DNA from: Heptranchias perlo
Lineage: Eukaryota
Length of the DNA stretch: 64,000 nt
Direction: 5' to 3'
Assembly (NCBI RefSeq): GCF_035084215.1
Contig: NW_027138407.1
Coordinates: 1,426,001-1,490,000 of the forward strand
How positions within the stretch are numbered: the stretch's first letter is position 1; each line of letters starts with the position of its first letter. Of this stretch, positions 47,233 to 59,500 are shown piece after piece. A model generated the notes under the pieces. The model was given only the letters and a program-made list of their open reading frames with translations. It made no database searches and was not told the DNA's origin. The translations under genes were made by a program, and so were the position numbers.

Positions 47233-47557
47233 CACAGTAGCTTGAGTCTGCTTATGTGCTCGTACAATAACCTCCCACCCACACAGAACGGTACAACAAC
47301 ATTCTCAACACCCCCAGGAAGGTTTGGTTACAATCAAGCAATGTTTATCCCAGGACCCTTATCGTTTTTCATTCTCTTTATCTTGTAATATTATTTCCCC
47401 TGGATATTTATTGCTGTGATCACATTGCGCGAACACTCCAAGACCGCTGGCGAATAAAGACATGACTCTAAGGCTTACCAGTCCTATCCTGAGAATCAGT
47501 TACTGGGAGATGTGGAGGAGATGCCAAGGGATCATGTTACAAGATTCAACGACATGG

Positions 47558-47768
47558 GACATAAGGCGACAAGAAAAGCTGACGTTTTGGAATGCAACCA
47601 GCTAAACTTTGGAACCCATTAAATATCTACTCCTCAATTTGGTCTCTCTCTCAACGCTTTCTCCTTTTACTATTCAGCGGTTTATTTTTAGTTATATTTT
47701 TACATAATAGTGTTGGGTGGGTGACAGCTGACATTTGGAACCCGGTACCAGATTGATTGTGCAACGAA
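47558..47768 (+). pseudogene. J-delta a and b pseudogenes, cassette 2
   Basis: KLTFWNATS* with donor lost; QLTFG followed by a frameshift, then GTRLIVQR. Confidence 0.6.
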
Positions 47769-48092
47769 GTAACTCGATTTGGGTCTTCTTTACCTCAATT
47801 CAGGGAGGTTTAGTGGATGATACAAAGTTAGGGTCTTTCCCTTCAACTGACATCCAGACCTTAGCACGAACACACACCTATGTACTGGAGGGAGGTGTTT
47901 CAATGACTTGCGTGTATAACGACGAAAGACAATTAAGCAACACTTCTAAACATGTCCAGTACGTAATTCAGCAAGACGCGGCCACAATCTAAGCCCCTGG
48001 TGCTTCTTTTAAGCTACAGTCCAGACAGTTACAGCACTCCTGGAACACTACATGTGTTCTCCGTGGTTTCTGTCTATTCAATTGTTAACGTG

Positions 48093-48158
48093 CAGGATAT
48101 TGGGATACTATCTCTAAACTAATATTCAGAAGTGGGACCAGAATTATTATAGACCCGG
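48093..48158 (+). CDS. J-delta c, cassette 2 (GYWDTISKLIFRSGTRIIIDP), non-canonical FRSG
   Basis: GGTTTCTGT-12-TAACGTG; GTAAGT donor. Confidence 0.75.
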
Positions 48159-48403
48159 GTAAGTAAAATGTAAGGATATTGTCTCGTTCTCCCCCCTTTT
48201 AGACTGGTGTTTGCCTTCTGGTGAATATTGGTAGTGGGACCAGGTATCTATTATTAAATCGCCGATGATATGATTTGCCCCATTAACGGGGGTTTGCGGT
48301 ACCCAGTTCGCTTTTCCAACAACGTGTCCTCTTTCTGCTGCGATGATGTGGAATTAGACCTGGTGGCGCTGTGTGGGTTTTTCGCTGGGTACTTATCACT
48401 GTG

Positions 48404-48465
48404 TGGATTAGGGTATACTGCTAAACTAACATTTGGAAACGGAACTGAAGTGATTGTAGAGCCAA
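48404..48465 (+). CDS. J-delta d, cassette 2, canonical (GLGYTAKLTFGNGTEVIVEP)
   Basis: GGTTTTTCG-12-CACTGTG (48376-48403); GTAAGT donor. Confidence 0.92.
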
Positions 48466-49010
48466 GTAAGTAACATTTAAGCAAATTACTCGCCCTTTTG
48501 TAAAAATAAAAGATGCATGGCATGTCGTATCTGCTAATTATTGGCGGACGAGCGAGGCAACGGTTTTTGGGAAGAAAGAAATAATAAAGAAAGAAAGATT
48601 TCATTCATATAGCGCTTTTCCTGACCTCAGGGAGTCTGAAGGTGCTTTATAGCCAATGGAGTATTTTAAAAGTGTGCACACTGTTGTAATGTAGGAAACG
48701 CGGCAGGCAATTTGTTCACAGCAAGTATACATTATTTCCATCAAGATAATAAATTGGATGCAATTGAGAGGTTTCCTCTATCCGCATACCCGCGAGGGAA
48801 AGAAACCAGCGGTGGCTTCAGGATCTGCGGAATCATTCTAAATGTTGCTTGTTGAATCATTACTCACGGATTAATATAGGGGACCTTAAATCGTTTCATG
48901 TACCAGTCATATTTGAGAAGTTGTGTTGTGTTCCCATTCATTTGGTGGAGGATATGCAGAAATATGCAGATGTGCACAGATCGGTCCTTGTTTTGAAATT
49001 TAACACCGTG

Positions 49011-49074
49011 TTTGGCGGTGGATATACAGATGTCCTTACACTGGAAAATTGAACCAAATTCAGTGTAGAGTTGA
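49011..49074 (+). pseudogene. J-delta e, cassette 2, pseudo (FGGGYTDVLTLEN*TKFSVEL)
   Basis: GGTCCTTGT-12-CACCGTG; in-frame TGA. Confidence 0.78.
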
Positions 49075-49609
49075 GTAAGTTCAAATAGCCCATGTCTCAT
49101 GCACATTAATTTTTTTAAAAAACAATAATCTGGATTCACAGATCATTGTGTTTCGATATTTTGCGATCGATGTACGTTTAGATATTATGGGGTGGGTTTT
49201 TCTCGCAAAAGCCAAACTTACACAAGCATAACTAATCCGTAAAAATCCAGTTGTTTGATCGCGAGAATTATGGTGGCCCATGGAATTAAACCAGTAATCT
49301 ACATTTGCTGGAAAAAAAGGGAAATCATATTTTTAACGTGGGGAACTAGAGTCAGTGGATGAAGATATAATGCTTGCCACGTTATATAAGGATTTGAGCA
49401 ACTAACATCAAATTAAGGCGAGGAGGAGTCATCAATTTAAAATAGCCACTAAGGGGAGGGAGATGAGAGAAATTTCTGAACACAGTGTTATTGGAAAATG
49501 GGATGCGAATGAATTGGGAATTGTTGAGGGGTTTAAGATGATTAAAGGATTTGATAGGGTAGATTGAGAGATGCTAATTCCTCTGGTGGGGGAGTCCAGA
49601 ACAAGAGGT

Positions 49610-50160
49610 TAGGTCACAGCTTGATTACTGTGTACAGTTCTGGTCACCACATTACAGGAAGGATGTGATTGCACGGGAGAGGGTGCAGAGGAGATTTACG
49701 AGGATGTTGCCAGGACTGGAGAATTTTAGCTATGAGGAAAGTTTGGGTAGGCTGGGGTTGTTCTCTTTGGAACAGAGAATACTGAGGGGTGATTTAATTG
49801 ATGTGTACAGAATTATGCAGGGCTTCGATAGAGTGGATAGGAAGGACCTATTTCCCTTAGCAGTGAGGTCAATAACCAGGGGGCATAGATTTAAAGTGAT
49901 TGGTAGAAGGATTAGGGCGGAGCTGAGGAAATATGTTTCCATCCAGAGGGTGCTGGGGGTCTGGAACCCTACTGCCTGAAAGGGTGGTAAAGGCAGCAAC
50001 CCTCAACTCACTTATAAAGTATCTGGATGTGACCTACAAGGCTACGGACCAAGTGCTGGGAAGTGGGATTAGGCTGGGTGGCTCATTTTCGGCCTGCGGC
50101 GGACACGATGGGCCGAATAGCCTCCTTCCCTGCCGTCAACTTTCTATGATTCTTTGATTC
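49610..50160 (+). mobile_element. CR1-type LINE 3' fragment inserted only in the cassette 2 J-C intron
   Basis: ERVQRRFTRMLPGL..LGLFSLEQR.LRGDL; interrupts an older LINE tail that is contiguous at ~10810 in copy 1. Confidence 0.82.
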
Positions 50161-50553
50161 TAAGAAGGCATAACCTTAAAATTAGAGCTAGGCTTTTCAG
50201 GGGTGATGTCAGGATGCACTTTTTCACACACATGGCAATGGGTATCAGGAACTCTCACCACGAAAGACTATTGAGGCTGGGGGTCAACTCAAAATGTCAA
50301 ATCGGAGATTGATCGATTTTTGTTAGGCAAGGGCATTAAGGGTTACGGTACCAAGGCGTGTAAATGGAATTAAGATACAGATCAGCCATGATCTAATTGA
50401 ATAGTGGAACAAACTCGAGTTGCTGTTTTTTTTTAAATGTGTGGACCATTATTTTAATATCGAATTTCATTATCAGTCATTTATTGATGCATCGCTCTGC
50501 GCTCACATTGATGAATTCCGAATAATTTACCCGTTCTATTCTTTAATTTTCAG

Positions 50554-50874
50554 AGGAGAAAACTCCGAAAGAGCCAACCGTGTCCGTCTTTTACCCGCCT
50601 GTGATACAAAGAGGGGACGGGGAGAGTACCGACAAGGTGGCGGTATGTCTGGTGTCGGAATTCTCCCCCAAAGAGATTGGGCTCTTCATAAATACGACCA
50701 CTGTCCCAAAGATCAATGTCACGAGATCCAGTCACTTATTAAACAACGGGTATTACAGGAGCTCAGGGTTCCTCTCTCTCAATTCATCCAAACATTCAGT
50801 AAATGTCACGTGTGAGGCAAGACACATGGCTCGATCTTTCTATTCAAAACGCGACAGCCTGTATTGTGCGGCTG
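50554..50874 (+). CDS. TRDC: TCR delta-type constant exon 1, cassette 2
   Basis: Same 321-nt exon as 11185-11505, open frame; ends SLYCAA (new Cys). Confidence 0.85.
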
Positions 50875-51668
50875 GTGAGTAATAAAATGCTTCATGGAAG
50901 AAAGAACTTGCTTTGATAACGGGCTTTTCACACTCTCAGGAATTCCTAAAGCGTTTTACATGCAATGAACTACTGTTTGAAGTGTAGTTTCTGTTGTAAT
51001 GTAGGGAAACGCGGCAGCCAATATGCGCACAGGGAGATCCCACAAACAAAGCAATGTGATAAATGACGAGTTAATCTGTTTTACTGGCGTTGGTTGAGGG
51101 ATAAATATTGACCAGGACACCAAGCAGAACCCCCTGCTCTTCGAAATACTTCTATGGGATCTTTTATACCCACCGGAGATGCCAGACGGATCCTCGGTTG
51201 AACATCTCATCCGAAAAACAGCACCTCCTGCAGTGCAGCGCTTCCGCAATGCTGGCATTGGTCGTATCAGCCTCCATAATGGTCGCAACTCTCTGGAGTG
51301 GGATTTGAGCCCAAAACCTCTGATAGAGAAACCAGATTTCTACAACTGAGCCACGGCGGATACAATTATCGAAGCCCGACTGTGATTAATAATGGGCTAA
51401 GTAATCAATACTAAGTAATCAAGGCTATGGACCAAATGCTGGAATATGGGATTAGAGTAGACAGGGCTGATGGCCGGCGCGGACACGATGGGCCGAAGGG
51501 CCTCTATCCGTGCTGTATGACTCTATGACTCTATGACAATACTACTGCTTTATTATTACTTCCTCAATTACTGCTACAAGTAACCATTATAAAAACAGTG
51601 AAAATAATGACAACAATAGCAACAACAAGGGAATATAGACAATAAATCATTTAAATGCTTGTTAGCAG

Positions 51669-51753
51669 GTCCCGCCAGAAAGCCAGATTGTGGAAAACGT
51701 TCAAATAATTCCAGAGCAGGAATAAAGGGCGCGCAAATGTTAAAAATGTTTAG
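51669..51753 (+). CDS. TRDC: Constant exon 2 (hinge), cassette 2; normal splice donor deleted
   Basis: GPARKPDCGKRSNNSRAGIKGAQMLKMF; about 14 nt containing the GTCAGT donor are missing relative to copy 1; next strong-looking donor is AG/GTAAAA at 51754 (phase 2). Confidence 0.7.
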
Positions 51754-51931
51754 GTAAAAGGCAGACAGGCAGAAAAAAATATAAATAGATAGATACCTAG
51801 ATTAATGTATACTAGCCAGCTAGATAGATAGAGCAATACATTCCAATTTTTTGTTACAGAAATATTTATTTCAGTGAAATACAGTGGGCTTGTTTAACTA
51901 AATAAACACTTTAATTTGATAATTATTACAG

Positions 51932-52041
51932 ATCTACCGAGGGTGAATTTTCTGTCTTTGACCGTGATGGGATTGAGAATTCTCTTTTTGAAGTGCGTTG
52001 CTTTCAATGTCCTGCTGACGGCCAGAGTGTGGTTACTTTAA
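51932..52041 (+). CDS. TRDC: Constant exon 3 (TM: DLPRVNFLSLTVMGLRILFLKCVAFNVLLTARVWLL*), cassette 2
   Basis: Intact acceptor, TM motif with R and K, GTAAGA donor. Confidence 0.88.
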
Positions 52042-54799
52042 GGTAAGATTGATCACCCCAATGCACATGCAGAATATCATTTGTTATTCACAATATTGTT
52101 CGTAATAAACATGGCAATTAATAAAGTAAATCTCTCGATTCCCATTGCTATAACCGGAGGCCGACCCACAACGACACTGTTGCACCAGACACTGAGAATA
52201 GTCTTGTACGATTTGGGGGTGAAATGCAACTTCGGCGTGGGTGCAAAATGGCAGGTTGGGTATTGGCCTCCGCTTATACACTCTGTCCGATTTTCCTTTG
52301 CCATGTTGTACAATGATCAACCGATCCCTCTACTGCCCAATTTTGCGACCCATCGAAGTTCAATTTTAACCCCTTTGTCTTCTGAAAGTTGTCCAGATTT
52401 GAAACATTTCTAATGTATTTCTGTGCCACGTTAGTTTCGCCAAGTCCATCATCAATAACTCCGCTCATGCCTTTACAAATCTACTCATTTTCTGTTGCAC
52501 CTCTTCATTGCTTGAATATCCAGTTTTAAAACAAGATGCCCACAGATGCACACATTATTCCAGTTGAGGCCCAAACAACGTTTTGCAAAAGTGCATCATC
52601 AGCCACTTGGTATGATGAGCCTTCTTGTTTAAACTAATCTTGTCCTCAAATCCCTCCATGACCTCGCCACTCCTTATCTCCATAACCTCTTGCAGCTCTA
52701 CAAGCCTCCAAGAACTTGACGTTCCTCCAATTCCCGCCTCTTGTTTATCCTCCACTCCCTTCGCCTCACCATTGGCGGCCGTGCCTCCAGCTGCCTAGAC
52801 CGTGAGCTCTGTAATTCCCTCCATAAACCTCTCCGCCTCTCCATACCTCTCCTCCTTGAAGATCGTCCTCAAAACCTGCCTCATTGACCAAGCTTATGGT
52901 CACCTGAACTTAAATCTCCTTATGTGTCTAATTTTGTTTGAAGACGCTGCTCTGAAGCGCCTTAGGGCGTTTTCCTATGTAAATGGCGCTCTGTAAATGC
53001 AAGTTGCTGTTATTCACGTTACAGCATAAATTCTGTCATTGACACTACTTTCAAATATCTGTCTATCTCTAACCCCTGGATCTCTCGGTTTCTCTGCTTG
53101 ATCATAATTCGGCTTATATTTCCATTCTCGATTCTTTTCCCCCAAACATGTTCGAGCTCACACAGGTCAACGATTAGCTCCCTTTGCCATATATCTCCCC
53201 GCTCTTCTGAACGACGCATGTCCTCCTGCAGTCTGCCCTATTTTTTCCGCCATGTCCACACCCCAAAAATTATATGGTCAGCAAATTTGATATCTCCTTC
53301 ACGCCTATATCCAAATCAAGCATTTCTATGAATAACAAGAGAGGTACAAACACCAAATGTGTTCACACCCCACCAGCCACATATTGCTGGACTGAAAAAT
53401 AACATTAACCACTGTTAATTTCTAATCTTGAGCCATTTCCGAGAACAGATTGCATAAACATGGCCTGTATTCCATTGAGTATCGAAGATTGAGGGGTGAT
53501 CTGATCGAGTTGTTTGAAATGTTAAAAGCAGTCGACAGGGTAGATGCAGAGAAACTATTTCATCTGGTGAGGGAATCCATAATGAGGCGACATAATTTTA
53601 CAATTAGAGCTAGGAAATTTAGAAGGGAAATCAGGAAGCATTTTTTCGCACAAAGGGCAGTAGAAATCTGAAATTGACTCTCCCAAAAGGCTGTGGATGC
53701 TGGGGAACAATTGAGCTCTGAAGACTGAGACAGATAGATTTTTGTTAGATAAGTGTATCAAGGGATATGGAGCTGAGGTGGGAAAATGGCGTTGAGGCAC
53801 AGATCAAACATGATCTCATTAAATGGCGGCCTTGGCTAGAGGGGCTCAATGACCTACCCCTGTTCCTACTGTTCCTATCTTCGATACTGGCCCACAAGGT
53901 CCTGGTACGCAATTCCACTGCCATCTATGTTTATAGGCTATAACATGAACTCAATTGACAGAGAATGCAACTCTATACATTCATCGTCGCTGAGTCAAAA
54001 TCCTGGGCCTCGCAACCTAACAGCATCATGTCAGTCCCTTCAGCGCGTTGGCTGCAATGGTTCAAGAAGAAGGCCCATCACCACCTTCTCAAGGGCAACT
54101 AAGGATGGGCTGTAAATGCCGGCCTTGCCAACGATGCCCAAGGCCCGAGACTTTTTTTCAAACTGCATTTTAACAGTTGAATGAAAATATTGCTCAGGAA
54201 ATTTTGACATAGCAACTTACAATGATAACTATATGCCTATCAGGAAACGCTGAACAGGCTGGGCCACTTTCCTTGAGACAACAGAAGCCTGAGGTGTGGA
54301 CTGATAGAGGCCTTTAGGATTATGAAAATGCTTGATAGGGTAGACGTAGAGAAGATGCTTCCACTCGTGAGGGAGACAAAGTCGAGGGGTCATAAATAAA
54401 AGATAGCCACCAACAAATCCAATCGGGAACTCAGTAGAAATTGCTTAACCCAGAGAGTGGTAAGAATGTGGAACTCGCTATCGCTTGGAATAATTGAGGC
54501 AAATAGCATAAGTGCATTTAAAGGGAAGCTGGATAAGTACATGAGGGAAGATGGAATGGAAGGTTATGTTGATTGGCTGAGATGAAGAATGTATATTAAA
54601 TCTATGTAATATAGATAGTCGAACAGAAGCAAACTATATGGATGCGTTCAATATTTGAGAATTTGCACAGCACAATTTTCCAAGGTGGAGAGTTAGAGAC
54701 TGAAATACATTCGTCATCTAAAAGTGCTCTTTTCACGTACACTGTTCAATGTAACTTCTTGCAATCCACTCATTACTACTGGTGCTTTTATTCAAACAG

Positions 54800-55760
54800 G
54801 AATTCTCTCCGATCAAATGGATTCCAGCGTGAGCACAACCCATTGGGAATCCAGTGCCCTTGACATCGAGTTCAGCTGACTCAATTTACTTTAGTTCAAT
54901 TTAGCAGGTTTTAAACGGCTAATTCTGTGTTGCTGGAACTGTTGAACTTTCTTCTTTAGGAAACATTTGTTCAATTTCTGTGACATATTTTTATAGTCAT
55001 AGTTTTGTGGAATGCTCATTGCATATATTAGGTAAACAAATTAAATGAATGAAAATCATAGATTTAAATATATAGAGCTCGCAATTATGTTTTTATGCTT
55101 GAATTAGTCAAAAGAACAGTTTCAAAATAGCACTTTAGCTTCAAATAATTACAGAATTTTACATGCTTTTCTTAGTATCATTGAATTTTACGGCACAGAC
55201 TGAGGACATTGGGCCCATCGTGCCGGTCCCGGCTCTTTAAAAGTGCTATCCAATTAGTCAAACTCACCCTGCTCTTTCCCCAAACACCTGCAAATGTTTG
55301 CTTTTCTCTGATAGTTATTTTAATTGCAGTTTGGTTTTATTTTATATCATTTAAAAGCGCCCGATGCATTTCTTTGATAGACATCTGTCTGCATTGGAAA
55401 CAAACCGTTCAACTCAAGCGTTGTATCTGAATTGTTACCAGGAAGGTGAGTTTTAAAATATCCCGTAGCTATTCTCTCGTTCTGGTTTTAATGTCATTCT
55501 TTCTTTACCATTTTGGGGAAGAGATTTTCTCTGGTCGCCTCGCATTAGCTCCGTGGTAAACGTGGAGAGAAGTTACCCTCTGTTTGCGATTGGCAGCGAG
55601 TGGGCACTGTCTTGTTCTCCTGTCATCGTTTTCTCCTTGATTGTTTGGTTGCACATCAATTAATTATTATTACATTTGGTAACTTTAATGAGGCGAAATT
55701 TCAAATCTATTTTTCCCACTTGTAACGCAATGAGAATAAAGGATTTACTTTTGGTCAACA
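54800..55760 (+). other. Probable C exon 4 (3' UTR), cassette 2
   Basis: TTCAAACAG acceptor; AATAAA at 55735; paralogous to 15377-16330. Confidence 0.55.
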
Positions 55761-58379
55761 TATCGAATGAGTTGCCTTTCTCTTTGAATATTAAGGGGAA
55801 CTTTGGGGGGTCCCTAATCTAAAATTATTTTACAATACTAAAGTCTCCGGCGCTCGATCAGTCATCAATTTTAATTTTTCCATCGGTTTATTTTAAATTA
55901 AGCGGTAGCAGAAGGGTTAATTGACTGTAAGCTCCTTGTTTCGACCACAACTGTTAAGAGCTAACGGTTCACGAGTTGTATCTTGACTGGGCAAGCCAGA
56001 GCTCCGTTGACAAGGCAACCAAGGGCAGCAGGAAATGCGTTGAAGGTGCGATTTCAGCGAACACGGTCTCGGAATCTGTCAGTTTGAACACATGGGCAAA
56101 CTGCGGTTTTATCGCCTGGGGCTGGAATCGAAAGCAGCGGGGTGGCAGTTTGGCGGTGAGGGGGGGGCGAATGTTGCAATGAGCAAGAACAAAAAATAAT
56201 AGCAACATTAACAAGGGACTTTCTGAGCAACACGGATTGAGGCAGGTTGTTTTTTTAAAGCATCAATTTTATCTGTTATTTAGACTGCAACGAAAATCAA
56301 TCAAAAAACACATGGCCAGGTTGCACTCCTGTGAATGCACTTGTTGGTTACCAGAAATCATAGAATCATACAGCACATTCGGCCCATCGTGTCCATGCCG
56401 GCTTTTTGAAAGAGCTATCCAATTAGTCCCACTCCCCCCTGCTCTTTCCCCATCGCCCTGGAAATATTTCCTTTTCAAATGTGTATCCAATTCCCTTTTG
56501 AATGTTACAATTGAACCAGATTCCACGACTATCTAAGGCAGTGCATTCCAGATCTTAACATCCCACTGCGTTAAAAAATTCTCCTCATTTCCACCGGATT
56601 TTCTTTGCTAATTATCCTAAATCTGCGTCCTTTGGTTACCTACCTTTCTGTCACTGGAGACAGTTTCACCCTATTTAATCTATCAAAACCCCTCATCATT
56701 TTGAACACTTCTATCAAATCTCCCCTCAACCTACTTTGTTCTAAGGAAAACCACCCCAGTTTCTCCAATCTCCCCACAATCTATGAAGTTATTGGCTGAA
56801 GTAACATTAAAATGTAAAGTCTGAATGCAGCCATACAGTATACTTGCGTCAGCCTGTTTATATACTTTACTCAAGATATTACCGAACTTAAAATTTTAAT
56901 TGTTACATGGTCGTCTGCTTCCACAAAGGATATTTAGGAGCAAATCCTTCTCAGTCCCCAAAATCCTTCCCTTCCTCCTCAAATCCATATAGACGTGGTG
57001 AGTACAAATTCCACCATTGGCAATTTGTGAAACTGAATTTTAAAAACATCTGTTAATTTGCGAGCTAGCACCAGATTAAATTACACTGAAAACAGCGGGA
57101 TTGTGGTAATAACCGAAATGGGCCACTAACGCCTTTCAGGGGACCGACCTGCCCCAATGCAGAAACAGAACATTGCGGAAACACTCAGCAGGTCAGGCAC
57201 GATCTATCGGGAGAGAAACAGAGTTAACGTTTCAGGTCGATGACCTTTCATGAGAACTGGAACATGTTGCAGACGAACAGTACAGAGCCAGGGGATAAAA
57301 GTTTGTAGGCGGAGAGGGGTTGGTGGTGCAGGGAAAGAACAAAAGGGAAACTCTGTGTTCAGATGGAGCGGCAGGAGATGGTTAAATGAGAAAATGGATG
57401 ATGGTGTAAGGCAAAAGGTAATGGGACAAGTAAAGAAAACAATAAAGGTGGGTCTGGAGGCGGTGTCACTGCTTACAGTAGAATAGCAGAGGCGGAGGGA
57501 AGCATGGAAATCCGGCCCGGGGGTGAAGGCTCCCGTGGCCCTGGATTATGGAGGAAGAAAGGCAGTTGGACCCCACCCCGCCGGCCGATAGGGGTTCCCT
57601 ATCCATTCGGTACTACACTTGACTTCAACCACACAGTAAGCTGTTGCCTCTGAATGTCCTCGGGGAACTAGGGATGGGCTGTAATTACTGTCATATCAGG
57701 AAGTGAACCCGTCTCCTTGTCCCTCCATTGAAATTAGTGGAACAAAAATCCGGCGGGTTCTGTTCTGGGCTTTCCAGCCATTCAGACAGATCTCCTTTAC
57801 TGTGCTCCATCCGGGCGATAATTAAAGGCCAGAGGGTAAAGGCTAAAAGCTAGTTACAATCTCTTCGTTTTTCATAAATCATCGCATTTTGCAACACATA
57901 ATATGGTCATTCGGTCGGCTGTCTTGTTATTTTACATAGAATTTACAGCACAGAAACAAGCCATTCCGTCCAACTAGTCTATACCGGTGTTCATGCTCCA
58001 AACGAGCCTCCTACCTCCATGAGTAATCTCACCCGAACGACAAACCCTTCTATTCCTTTCCGCCTCATGTATTTCTCTAGCTTCCCTTTAAATGCATCTA
58101 TGAATTTTAAGAGTTATCCACCAATTCCCTTTATCCTGTACTTGCCCAGGCCACTTTTTCAGATTTCATTATTTCCCGGTTTTCCTTTGAATGCCATGAT
58201 GAATTTTATATCATTATTTTCATCACTGTTTCTGCCAGAGTATTCTGACTATCATCCCCTAGTATCTTCGTTCGTTTGGTACATAGAATTTACAGCACAA
58301 ATACAGGCCATTCGGCCCAACTGGTCTGTGCCGATGTTTATATTCCACACGAGCCTCCTACCACCCTACTTAATCTTGT

Positions 58380-59500
58380 ACTATAGAAACACAGAAAATA
58401 GGAGCAGGAGTAGGCCATTCGGCCCTTCGAGCCTGTTCCGCCATTCAATATGATCATGCCTGATCCTCTCTCCCCATACCCCTTGATGCCTTTTGTGTCT
58501 AGAAATCTATCCAGCTCCTTCTTAAATATATTCAGTGACTTGGCCTCCACAGCCTTCTGTGGTAGAGAATTCCACAGGTTCACCACCCTCTGAGTGAAGA
58601 AATTTATCCTCATCTCAGACCTAAATGTCCTACCCAGTATCCTGAGACTGTGTCCCCTCGTTCTGGACCCCCCTCCCCAGGGGAAAGATCCTCCCTGCAT
58701 CCAGTCTGTCTAGCCCTGTCAGGATTTTATATGTTTCAATGAGATCCCCTCTCATTCTTCTAAACTCTAGTGAATACAGGCCGAGTCGACCCAATCTCTC
58801 CTCATACGACAGTCCTGCCATCCCAGGAATCAGTCTGGTGACCCTTCGCTTCACTCCCTCGATGGCAAGTATATCCTTTCTTAGGTGAGGAGTCCAAAAC
58901 TGCACACAATACTCCAGGTGTGGTCTCACCAAGGCCCTGTATAACTGCAGTAAGACATCCTTGCTCCTGTACTCAAATCCTCTTGCAATGAAGGCCAACA
59001 TACCATTTGCCTTCCTAACTGCTTGTTGCACCTGCATGTTTGCTTTCAGTGACTGGTGTACAAGGGCACCCAGATCCCTTTGTACATCAACATTTCCCAA
59101 TCTATCACCATTTAAATAATACTCTGCCTTTCTGTATTCCTTCCGAAGTGGATAACTTCACATTTATCCACATTTCACTGCATCTGCCATGTATTTACCC
59201 ACTCACTCAACTTGTCTAAATCGCCTTGAAGCCGCTTTGTATCCTCCTCACAACTCACGATATCAGCTCGTTTTGTGTCGTCAGCAAACTTGGAAATATT
59301 ACATTTGGTTCTCACCTCCAAATCATTGAAATATATTGTGAATAGCTGGGGCCCAAGCACTGATCCCTGCGGTACCCCACCAATCACTGCCTGCCACCCC
59401 GAAAAAGACCCATTCATTCCTACTGTCTGCTTCCTGTCTGTTAACCAATTTTTAATCCATGCCAGTATATTACCACCAATCCCATCTTCTTTAATTTTGT
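58380..59500 (-). mobile_element. CR1-type LINE, 5'-truncated (RT C-terminus and tail)
   Basis: GVPQGSVLGP..KFADDTK and LVRPHLEYCVQFW motifs (ORFs 59175-59417 and 58630-59100). Confidence 0.9.
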
